Source: Octopus sinensis (Eukaryota). Taken from it: a stretch of DNA of 18,412 nt. Shown here piece by piece: positions 1 to 8,717 of the stretch. Each line of letters opens with the position of its first letter. Positions within the stretch are counted from its first letter, which is position 1. The stretch is taken from the NCBI RefSeq assembly GCF_006345805.1, contig NW_021824504.1:1-18412 (forward strand), given 5' to 3'. The position numbers and the translations under genes are program-made. A model generated the notes under the pieces. The model had not been told where the DNA came from. It saw nothing but the letters and a program-made list of their open reading frames with translations, and made no database searches.

Positions 1-36
1 TGTCTCCCCTCACTCTCCCCTCTCTCTTTCTTTCTT

Positions 37-81
<45 letters not shown>
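1..81. repeat. Compound (CT)n/(AT)n microsatellite
   Basis: Directly visible dinucleotide runs. Confidence 0.95.
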
Positions 82-82
<1 letters not shown>

Positions 83-351
83 TATTATCTTATAATGCAT
101 AGTGTATGTTGTAAAAATATCTGTTACAGATCTTATAACGGTGTGAAAATTACTGAAGACCGTTGCTAATAGTTCTGTTAGATCAGGTGAAATCGAGTAG
201 ACTAAAGCTTCAACCACATATGACGCCAGACCAACGGAGCCTCTACACGTCACTCAATATGCCAGAAACAACGGCCAAAATTTCCACAAATTCTACTATA
301 TCGTCTTTAAGAACCAAGTAGCGTGAAATTAATTATTTCTAGACACATAGA

Positions 352-682
352 CGCGGGCGTGGCTGTGTGGAAAGAGGTTTACTTCCCAACCACATGGCTT
401 CGGGTTCAGCCCCACAGCATGGCACCTTTCGCGAATGTCTTCTGCAATACGGACCAAAGTTCTGAGTGGATTTGTTAGACGGAAACTGAAAGAAGCATGT
501 CGCACGCTTGACAACTGGTGTTGACTTGCTCATCTCCCCGTAACTTAGCGGTTCGGCAATAAGTATCGATAGAATAAGTACAAAACTTTAAAAAGAAAAA
601 CAAGTACCAGAGTCGATTGTTCGACTAAACCCATCAAGGCGGTGGTCCCAGCATAGGCGCAGTCCAGACTGAAACAGATAAA
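352..682 (+). mobile_element. tRNA-derived SINE (octopus-type, GGCGTGGCTGTGTGG head), near full length, internal microsatellite linker absent
   Basis: Head GGCGTGGCTGTGTGG...CTTCCCAACCACATGG.TTCGGGTTCAG (B-box-like GGTTCA), body GACGGAAACTGAAAGAAGC, 3' part GTAACTTAGCGGTTCGGC...GTCGATTGTTCGAC...CCAGCAT...GACTGAAAC. Homologous to copies at 2889-3188, 9551-9716 and 13337-13697. Confidence 0.9.
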
Positions 683-865
683 TGGTACAACACAGTCTTT
701 GAACAAAAAGACAGGAATGTCGAACCTAGCCTGCCTATGATCACATATATATCTACTCTTTTCAGACAGACCTAGGGCTAAATAACACAAGAAAAACAAC
801 AGCAGTAACAACATAGAATGCTTAACAAAATACATAAAACTCACAACCCATAAATATGGGTAGAA

Positions 866-936
866 CTGTGATTTTTAGTCTTATATATATATATATATAT
901 ATATAGATATATATATATAAAGACTAAAAATCACAG
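866..936. repeat. Inverted repeat: perfect 17-bp arms around a (TA)n core
   Basis: CTGTGATTTTTAGTCTT (866-882) and its exact reverse complement AAGACTAAAAATCACAG (920-936) flank a self-complementary TA run. Confidence 0.95.
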
Positions 937-974
937 CTACGCGAACTCTTGTCAGAGAGCAAGCTAATGAGGAC

Positions 975-1150
975 TAGTCACGTGACAGGCGTCATTCTAT
1001 CGGCATCTTCCGGTATTTTTTTTTCTCTGGGGTGTTTTCCTGTTGTTTTCGTGCTTTTTTTTTTCTTTCATGATGAGCACGTGAAATTGTGTAGATCCCA
1101 GTAGCGTTGTTATTATATACATCCTTTGCCTGATGCGGCTCATTGGTCAG
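975..1150. promoter_or_regulatory. Candidate housekeeping-type promoter motif cluster (direction unresolved)
   Basis: GTCACGTGAC palindromic E-box (977-986), CCGGAAG ETS site on - strand (1007-1013) overlapping a YY1-like AAGATGCCG, CACGTG (1078-1083), GACCAATGAG NF-Y box on - strand (1139-1148). Unique, CpG-containing sequence. Motif match only. Confidence 0.4.
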
Positions 1151-1352
1151 AAGCAGAAAACAGACAGACAGACAGACGGACAGACAGATAGGCTGGAAGG
1201 TACTTAGTTGCTAGGTTACCACTGTCTAACTCTCGTTTATCACTGTTTACTATTTCTGCTTCTTCCATCTTCCACCACTCTGTCTCGGTTAATCTATCAA
1301 TTTATCCTATCTAGTCTGTCTGTCTAAACTCCATACCTGTCTAGTACTCTAC

Positions 1353-1356
<4 letters not shown>

Positions 1357-1407
<51 letters not shown>

Positions 1408-1451
1408 CATATATATATATATGTGGTGTAGAAGGGTATACATATATATTG

Positions 1452-1521
<70 letters not shown>

Positions 1522-1530
1522 CAATATATA
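1357..1530. repeat. Compound (CT)n/(TA)n/(CA)n/(TA)n microsatellite
   Basis: Directly visible. Confidence 0.95.
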
Positions 1531-1531
1531 T

Positions 1532-2167
1532 GTGGTGGTTGTGGTTGGAGCGAGCGATGTGTATGTGTGTGTGTGTGTAGTGGTGGACGTCGTATGGTGA
1601 ACGCTGTTGGGTTAGTATACACTCTCTCTCACCCTCTGTCTATCTCTCTATCTTTCTATCTATCTGTCTGTCTGTCTGTCTGCAGATGAACTTTGGAACT
1701 TCGAGAGATGTGAAATAATTCTTTTTTGGAACGGTGAAACTAGAAATATATAAAGCTATAAATAATGGAATATAAATATTGGGTTAAAAATACATTTGGA
1801 CAGAAAAAGTCAAAGGATTTGTGTGTGTATGTGTGTGTATTTATAAATATATATATATAAATACACACACACACACACACAATCCTTTGACTTTTCTGTC
1901 CAAATGTATTTTAACCCAATATTATATTCCATTTTATAGCTTTATATATTTCTAGTTTCACCGTTCCAAAAAAGAATTATTTCACATCTCTCGAAGTTCC
2001 AAAGTTCATCTGCAGACAGACAGACAGACAGATAGAAAGACAGAGAGATAGACAGAGGGTGAGAGAGAGAGTAAGAGATATTACTAACCCAACAGCGCTC
2101 ACCATACGACGTCCACCACTACACACACCCACACACACATACACATCGCTCCAACCACAACCACCAC
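1532..2167. repeat. Large near-perfect palindrome (arms ~1532-1845 and ~1856-2167, TA-rich ~10-nt spacer)
   Basis: For example CTGCAGATGAACTTTGGAACTTCGAGAGATGTGAAATAATTCTTTTTTGGAACGGTGAAACTAGAAATATATAAAGC in the left arm has its exact reverse complement in the right arm. Complementarity continues out to GTGGTGGTTGTGGTTGGAG / CTCCAACCACAACCACCAC. Confidence 0.95.
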
Positions 2168-2385
2168 CACCACCATCACCATCACCACCAAACAATAATT
2201 ATTTCCCTGTCATGTTTATTTGACTTTTCAACTATTCTGTAATTAATTGTCGAAAGCAGAGATAACCTTTAACTGCATCGGTTGTGCGTGGATGGGCGAT
2301 ATTTTGTTACAGTCAAACTGACGGAGCAGCGATTCGTGCGGATGAGGTTAACTGGTAATGGGAGGGGGGCTGTCCATGGTGTTGC

Positions 2386-2799
2386 AGTTGGTGCTGTTGG
2401 TGTTGGTGCTGTTGTTAGTGTTGTTGATGTTGTTGTGTTGGTGCTGTTGTTAGTGTTGTGATGTTGTTGGTGTTGTTGCTCTTATCTATTTATGTGTGAA
2501 TGTATACTGTATAGTATATTCATGTATATATATATATATAATATATATATTATATATATATATATATGTGTGTGGGTGTGTGTTGTGTGTGTTATTGTGT
2601 CTAAGTATGTGTGCCTGTGTGTATATGTACCTTAGTATGTGTGTATATATGTGTTGGTACATATGTATTTATACTTTTATTTGTATAGATACATATATTT
2701 ATATAAATGTATTTATACATACATATGTATATATACATATATATATACATATATATGCATATACATACGTGTGCGTATATATATATATATATATATATA

Positions 2800-2861
<62 letters not shown>

Positions 2862-2890
2862 TAATATATATATATGCACATATATATATT
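2386..2890. repeat. (GTT/GGT)n tract followed by a long compound (TA)n/(TG)n microsatellite
   Basis: Directly visible; source of the YIYI/CVCV ORFs. Confidence 0.95.
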
Positions 2891-3187
2891 ACTCTTAATC
2901 TTTACTCTTTTACGCTTTTACTTGTTTCAGTCATTTGACTGCGGCCATGCTGGAGCACCGCCTTTAGTCGATCAAATCGACCCCGGGACTTCTTGTAAGC
3001 TCAGTACTTATTCTATCGGTCTCTTTTGACGAACCGCTAAGTGACGGGGACGTAAACACACCAGCATCGGTTGTCAAGCAATGCTAGGTGGACAAACGCA
3101 GACACACAAACACACACACTCATATATATATATATATACATATATACGACAGGCCTCCTTCAGCTTCCGTCTACTAAATCCACTCAC

Positions 3188-3188
<1 letters not shown>
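2889..3188 (-). mobile_element. SINE copy (same family as 352-682), 5'-truncated
   Basis: Reverse complement of the 3' body: TTTTACTTGTTTCAGTCATTTGACTGCGGCCATGCTGGAGCACCGCC...GAACCGCTAAGT.ACGGGGACGTAAACACACCAGCATCGGTTGTCAAGC...TTCCGTCTACTAAATCCACTCACA. Confidence 0.9.
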
Positions 3189-3189
<1 letters not shown>

Positions 3190-3220
<31 letters not shown>

Positions 3221-3720
3221 ATAGGTACACACACCTGTGCGTGTGTAGCGAGCACCCTTGGCCTAATTTGGTTACTTCCCTTGGTTGATCACTTTGTGAG
3301 TATGCGTGATTGCCTATATGTGTGTTTTTATGCGTACGCGAATGACTATTCTGTGCACATGTATTTGTATAAATGTGCGCATGTGAGTGTATGTGCATAT
3401 ATGTGTGTGTGTGTATACATGTGTGTGTATGTGTATATATATATGTGTGTATGTGTGATTGCGTGTTAGTTTATACGTTTTCCTCATTTTACAATTACGT
3501 TTTTTTCCACCATTTTTCCATTCCAATTTTCTTGATTTTGTTGTCACTGTTATTATTGTCTTTCTTCTTCTCACTTCACCCTCCCATCCCCTTCTCCATC
3601 ACTCTTCCTCCTCCTCCTCCTCCTCCTCCCTCTCCTCTACCATTTCCCACACTTCTTATTCTTATTTTCATAGGTTATCGGTGGTGGTGGTGGTGGTGAT
3701 GGTGATGGTGGTGGTATCAC
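3190..3720. repeat. Low-complexity block: (TA)n/(TG)n, (CCT)n, (GGT)n
   Basis: Directly visible simple repeats with short unique spacers. Confidence 0.85.
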
Positions 3721-3959
3721 TTGAGGTGGTTTTGGTGAAAGATCATCAATTTAGCATCAATTCACACTTCCTCCATTCCACTAACATCTAACCTCTACCT
3801 AATGGTGCAGACGGCCTCCGTTTTTATACTATCTTCTGCTCCTCCCCTTTCAACCACCACACGCACACACACACTCGCGCATTACTCGATAACTTAGATA
3901 GACATATGCACTAAATGCATACATAGTTATATATGTATGTATATTTGCAAGCAAACACG

Positions 3960-4095
3960 CACTCATACACACATGTTTATATAAACATTATGTGTGTGTG
4001 TGTTTGTGTGTGTATAATACATGCTTGTATACATAATAACACACACAGACACATATATATATTTATATATATATGTGTTTGATATATATTTAGTT

Positions 4096-4157
<62 letters not shown>

Positions 4158-4535
4158 ACACACAGAAATAACTACATCTATACATATCAATATATACTTG
4201 ATATGTATACATACCACACGTATGTGTATATATGTATATATATACATACATATATACATGTATGTATATGTGTATATATATGTATATATATATTATATGT
4301 ATATGTGTATAAGTATATATATGTATATATATATGTATATGTATATATATATATATGTCTATATATATGTATACACAGATATATATATATTATTTCTATA
4401 TATAATATATTACCATATATATATATATATATATATATATCTATATATATATTATATATGTATGTATGTATGTTATGTATGTATGTATGTATGTATGTAT
4501 ATATACGCGCGTGTGTGTGTGTGTGCGTGTATATA
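3960..4535. repeat. Long degenerate (TA)n/(TG)n/(TATG)n microsatellite
   Basis: Directly visible. Confidence 0.95.
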
Positions 4536-4674
4536 CTGCAACCTTCTTCCAGTTACTTTCGCCATTTATCTTTCAAACAAAATTAATTCTCGCCCTTGAA
4601 GTCTAATTTTTCTACTTAACACCACGGAAATATTATAAATCTTTCTGGATGGATTAATTGCGTAGCATCTACTC

Positions 4675-5376
4675 CCTCCCCACCACCGCCATCTCCCCAC
4701 CGCCATCACCACCGCCACCACTACTACTACTACACCATTGATACCACTTCTGTGGTATTCATAGAACTACCACCAGGATACCATCTCTACCGCCTCCACC
4801 ACCACCAACACTGCCACCTCCTCTCCAACCTTATAGCCGTGCAGACATGCTGCTTGTTACCCGTCAAGGGGCTGGCTGGAGATTTATACAAGAATTTATT
4901 TAAAACCCCAAATTGCTTGCCACTGATGATGATGGAGACGACGAGGTGGAGGAGGAGGAAATGATGAGGATGATGCTCATTATGATGATGATGATGAAGA
5001 CAACGACTATAATGATGATGCTGACGACGACAACGATAATGATGAAGTTGATGATGCTGATGCTGATGATGATGATGGTGATGATGATGATGATGATGAT
5101 GATGATGAGGGATGAAAGAGTGATGTGATGGCAGGGAAACATTCAGATAATTCTACTGATAACGATGTGGGAGTTGATAAAGCCAACAACGGCAATGGTG
5201 ATGATGATGACGATAATGATGATGATGGTGGTGGTGGTGGTGGTGGTGGTGGTAGTGGTGGTGGTGGTGATGATGTTAATGTTGATGATGTTGATGATGA
5301 TGATAATGACGACGATGATGATGATATAATAATGCGCGAGCAGACATCACGCATGTCTCCGCATACGTGTTCGTCA

Positions 5377-5407
<31 letters not shown>

Positions 5408-5426
5408 CTTGTGTGTGTGTGTGTGC

Positions 5427-5478
<52 letters not shown>

Positions 5479-5485
5479 ATGTATG
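4675..5485. repeat. Trinucleotide tracts (CCA)n, (GAT)n, (GGT)n followed by (GT)n
   Basis: Directly visible; source of the poly-M/D/G/I/H ORFs. Confidence 0.9.
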
Positions 5486-5782
5486 CACATGACCTTGATT
5501 TTTTTTACATGATTAGAATGCCACAAACTGAACCGCAGTATATCGACTGGTACTTATTTTTGGGAAGGGTAGTGATGAAGGTGGGAACGTATAAGGAGAT
5601 TAAATGTCGACTCATTCTGGTAGAGTATGGCTTTGGCATACGAAACGTAGAGTCAGTAATGAAGACGGCAACAAAGACGTTGGTATGACAGGTACCACAA
5701 AGAGAGACAGACAGACAAACTGACGGACAGACAGAGACGGAGAGAGAAGACCTAATGCATTTGGTATTATCTCTCTTTGCAG

Positions 5783-5808
5783 AAAGCAGAAGTGTTCATA
5801 AAACCTCG
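5783..5808 (+). other. Candidate 26-nt micro-exon (host gene unknown)
   Basis: Branch-like CTAAT (5752-5756), pyrimidine tract TTATCTCTCTTTGCAG, donor TCG|GTAAGA at 5809. Splice-signal inference only. Confidence 0.35.
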
Positions 5809-5868
5809 GTAAGAACATTTGATTGAGTACAAAAGTCCGAGCAATGTGAGAAGATTCATAGTCGTTTA

Positions 5869-6354
5869 TGCAAATACTCCAAGGACACAGATATTGTCTA
5901 AAGCCAGCTAGAGACGAAGATCTCTTGGGGCTATAAAGCTACAGTAACACCCCCTCCCCAATGTGGTTAGCCATGATAAGATGGCTCCTATACTTTACAT
6001 TATCGAGCGATTACTGTTTCAATCTCATTCTGAGATTTAATTATGCTTACTGTTCGTTTTTCGACATCAGTGGCAGACGCCATTAGAAAAACATATATAT
6101 TTGCAAAGAGGCCTTCACTTTCATCGCTACCTGGTGGTTACCGCCCGTTGACGAGGGACAACAATCCCGAAACTAGTTCGAGCGTATCACTCAGGCTTGC
6201 GAGGAAGGGATGGCCTCCCTTTGCAAGTACTCCAGGACACCGATATTGTGTCTAAAGCCAGCTAGAGACGAAGATCTCTTGGGGCTATAAAGCTACAGTA
6301 ACACCCCCTCCCCAATGTGGTTAGCCATGATAAGATGGCTCCTATACTTTACAT
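5869..6354 (+). mobile_element. Partial-tandem element: 353-bp unit plus repeated first 132 bp, carrying a hammerhead ribozyme (retrozyme / Penelope pseudo-LTR-like)
   Basis: Direct repeats 5869-6000 and 6222-6354 are identical from TCTAAAGCC to TTTACAT (about 105 bp), with a few differences at the 5' end. The hammerhead lies in the intervening 221 bp. No ORF and no target-site duplication (TSD) seen. Confidence 0.65.
6101..6226 (+). ncRNA. Type I minimal hammerhead ribozyme motif with long extended stem I (probably partly decayed)
   Basis: Core TTGACGA (6148-6154; consensus CTGANGA), stem II GGGA/TCCC with CAACAA loop (6155-6168), GAAA (6169-6172), palindromic stem III ACTAGT (6172-6177), NUH triplet GTT (6176-6178). 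Stem I strands 6101-6147 and 6179-6226 pair as an imperfect ~45-bp helix. Confidence 0.8.
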
Positions 6355-6380
6355 AATTTTTAATCCTTTTTGGAATAGTA

Positions 6381-6633
6381 TTGGGTTGGTCCATAATTAT
6401 TGCGGCCTTTTTTATTCAACAAATTTTATTCAACAAAAACAATAACAATATTTAACAAAATCATCTTTAAATGACGGTCTGACCGTCTGCCAAGGAAATG
6501 GGAACCAGTAATTGAAGTAGATGGTGAATATGCTTCGGAATAATCATTTAAAGATGTTTTTGTTACATTTTATTGTTTTTGTTGAAAAAAAAAATTGTTG
6601 AAAAAAAGCCGCAATAATTATGCACCAACCCAA
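6381..6633 (+). mobile_element. Mariner-family MITE / internally deleted mariner with TA target-site duplication
   Basis: TA|TTGGGTTGGTCCATAATTATTGCGGC ... GCCGCAATAATTATGCACCAACCCAA|TA. The terminal inverted repeat (TIR) resembles Hsmar1/MADE1 TTAGGTTGGTGCAAAAGTAATTGCGG, and imperfect inverted arms extend ~90 bp. Confidence 0.92.
6481..6543 (+). pseudogene. Mariner transposase C-terminal remnant DRLPRKWEPVIEVDGEYASE*
   Basis: Matches the conserved mariner C-terminal pattern L..RW..VI...G.Y and lies between the two TIR arms. Confidence 0.85.
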
Positions 6634-6863
6634 TAGCTCTCAAAGTAATCAGAGTAGCATGTAAATATTGGATTCGGTATTCACTGTTCCAAAAAAGAAT
6701 TATTTCGCGTTCTTCTGGCGTCGATAATTTTTAATTAATACAAATTTCAGAGTTAACCCCACTATTTTTTTTTTTTTTTTTTTTACCTCACTAGCTCACT
6801 GTACTAACGATTATTTCACCGAACCATTAGTTTCATTAAAACATTATTTTTTCCGTCTCACAG

Positions 6864-6951
6864 GATGAAAAGTGCTAGCGTTGGGCTTGCTATTTCCTGC
6901 CCTTGCAGAGCGAGTTCCTGGGTACTTTTGCCTCGTCCTTCTATTAAAGCA
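6864..6951 (+). other. Candidate 88-nt exon (host gene unknown)
   Basis: TACTAAC branch consensus (6802-6808), TTTTTTCCGTCTCACAG acceptor, GCA|GTAAGT donor at 6952. The frame from ATG 6865 is open (MKSASVGLAISCPCRASSWVLLPRPSIKA). No homology recognised. Confidence 0.4.
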
Positions 6952-7225
6952 GTAAGTGCGTTCTGATATTGCCAGGATCTGTGACCTTTTAATCTACGGC
7001 TTACGACACAAATCACGAAGCAATTTATTTTGATAGATTTGTGCCTGAAATTGAAATGAAAACACTGTATAAGGAAGTGTTTTGTTTTGTTTATAGGTTC
7101 AAAGGTTAAATGGTCCTTGCATTAAGTTAACGCATGCGTTCTCACTTTTCATGGTTTGCCATTTGCTCTTGGATTTCAGAAGTAGTCGGGGTGAACAGGT
7201 CAACTCACTTAAATTTCGATATCCG

Positions 7226-7342
7226 CCACCACCGCCACTTCCACCACCACTACCACCCCACCACCACTACTACAACTACTTCCACCACCACCACCACCAC
7301 CACCATCACTGCAGCTACCACTAGCACCATCACTACCACCTT
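7226..7342. repeat. (CCA/CTA)n trinucleotide tract
   Basis: Directly visible. Confidence 0.9.
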
Positions 7343-7486
7343 CTGCATTCCTTAACCCGTCCTGAGAGAAGATGCTTCAGAGCACAAACATATTGGAATT
7401 AATGAATATATCGTTAGCTTGACGTTCTGAGTTCGAGTACCTTGTACGGGCCTGAAAAAGCAAGAAATGTCCCAATTCCCAGGACT

Positions 7487-7887
7487 CAGAAAGGCTGCTA
7501 GCTGGCAGAAACGTTAGCACGCCAAGCGAAATGCTTAGTAGTATTTCGTCTGCCGCTACGTTCTGAGTTCAAGTTCCGCCGAGGTCGACTTTGCCTTTCA
7601 GCCTTTCGGGGTCGATTAAATAAGTACCAGTTACGCACTGGGGTCGATATAATCGACTTAATCCATTTGTCTGCCCTTGTTTGTCCCCTCTGTGTGTAGC
7701 CTCTGTGGGTAGTAAAGAAATAGGTATTTTGTTTGTCTTTACGTTGTGAGTTCAAATACCACCGAGGTCGACTTTGCCTTTTATCCTTTCAGGGTCAATT
7801 TATTAAGTATCAATTACGTACTCGGGTCGATATAATCGACTAGCCCCCTTCCCAAAAATTTCGGGCCTTGTGCCTAGATTAGAAAAG
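7487..7887 (+). mobile_element. Full-length dimeric tRNA-derived SINE (second family, GCTGGCAGAA..GTTAGC head) with 13-bp TSD
   Basis: A-box-like GCTGGCAGAAACGTTAG and B-box-like GAGTTCAAGTTCC. Internally duplicated body (GAGGTCGACTTTGCCTTT...GGGTCGATATAATCGACT twice). TSD AATTCCCAGGACT at 7474-7486 and 7888-7900. Confidence 0.92.
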
Positions 7888-8151
7888 AATTCCCAGGACT
7901 TCTTTTAAAGCAAGGTGATGCAGGTAATTTATCCCGTCCTCCTCCAACTTTTAGTTCATGCAATTGAAAAAAAACGCATTTTTTTTATGGGATGATCTAA
8001 TACTTCATTTAAAATGAAATACAAACTTGTTACCGGTTCAAGTATGCGTGAGACGAATTTGAACCCGTAAGAAAGACATTCACTGTATTTTGTAATGGAG
8101 AAAATTTTCCACAGTAAATATATCGACTCAGATCACAACGCTCCCGTATTA

Positions 8152-8258
8152 AAATGAAGTGTTTTGCTCAAGATCAAAACGCGCCGCCCGGACCGAGAAT
8201 CGAAACTGATATCATAGAATCGTAAATATAACACCTTAACCTCTAAGCCATGCGCCTT
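8152..8258 (-). mobile_element. tRNA-derived SINE head fragment (third type)
   Basis: Reverse complement reads AAGGCGCATGGCTTAGAGGTTAAGGTG...GTTTCGATTCTCGGTCCGGGCGGCGCG, with A-box and B-box spacing typical of a tRNA-like head. Confidence 0.7.
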
Positions 8259-8449
8259 CTTTCTGTGGAGTTAGCTCACATTTAGAAGTGCGCATTTTTC
8301 ACCAAATTCTGTACAGCGAGCTTTACCTTCCACAGTGAAATATTTAACTTGTATAAACCTACTTACAAGGAAATAGAGGCCAGTGAGGGTCTTTGTATGT
8401 CATTGAAGGCAAACTGTTTTGGCCCGGCCTGTCAAAATTTGAATTCCTC

Positions 8450-8717
8450 CTTCCCTCCCCAAAAGTTTCGGGCCTTGTGCCTAGAGTAGAAAAGATTCTG
8501 TAAAATCTATTATGCAAGACCATAAAGACGCTGCCTAGAGCTTCGATGCTTTTTAGCTCGGCATTATTTTTCTTTTACTTATTCTGCCGGAGTCGACTTT
8601 GCCTTTCATCCTTTCGGGGTCGATAAATTAAGTACCAGTGAAACACTGGGGTCGATGTAATTGACTTATCTCCTTCCCCAAAATTCCAACCTCCTGTTTC
8701 CAGTAGAAAGAATTATT
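8450..8717 (+). mobile_element. Two fragments of the 7487-type SINE (tail 8450-8497; body plus tail 8581-8717)
   Basis: TTTCGGGCCTTGTGCCTAGAGTAGAAAAGA and GTCGACTTTGCCTTTCATCCTTTCGGGGTCGATAAATTAAGTACCAG match 7487-7887. Confidence 0.85.

Noticed and set aside
1070-1133. Box C (ATGATGA) and box D (CTGA) at snoRNA-like spacing
   Set aside because: No terminal stem, no clear C'/D' boxes and no recognised rRNA guide. An Infernal/snoscan search would be needed.
2496-4599. [12 protein letters not shown] ORFs
   Set aside because: Dinucleotide-repeat artefacts.
4900-5688. Asp/Gly/Met-rich ORFs (e.g. 187 aa at 5125-5688)
   Set aside because: Built from (GAT)n, (GGT)n and (GT)n and open in several frames on both strands. 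No convincing splice boundaries.
5869-6354. Interpretation as an LTR retroelement/TRIM (TG...CA repeats)
   Set aside because: No TGG-initiated PBS, no PPT abutting either repeat and no TSD. The hammerhead favours a retrozyme or Penelope origin.
7911-7923. Possible 13-nt micro-exon (TTTTAAAG ... CAG|GTAATT)
   Set aside because: The acceptor tract is partly the SINE TSD, there is no clear branch site, and such signal pairs arise by chance.
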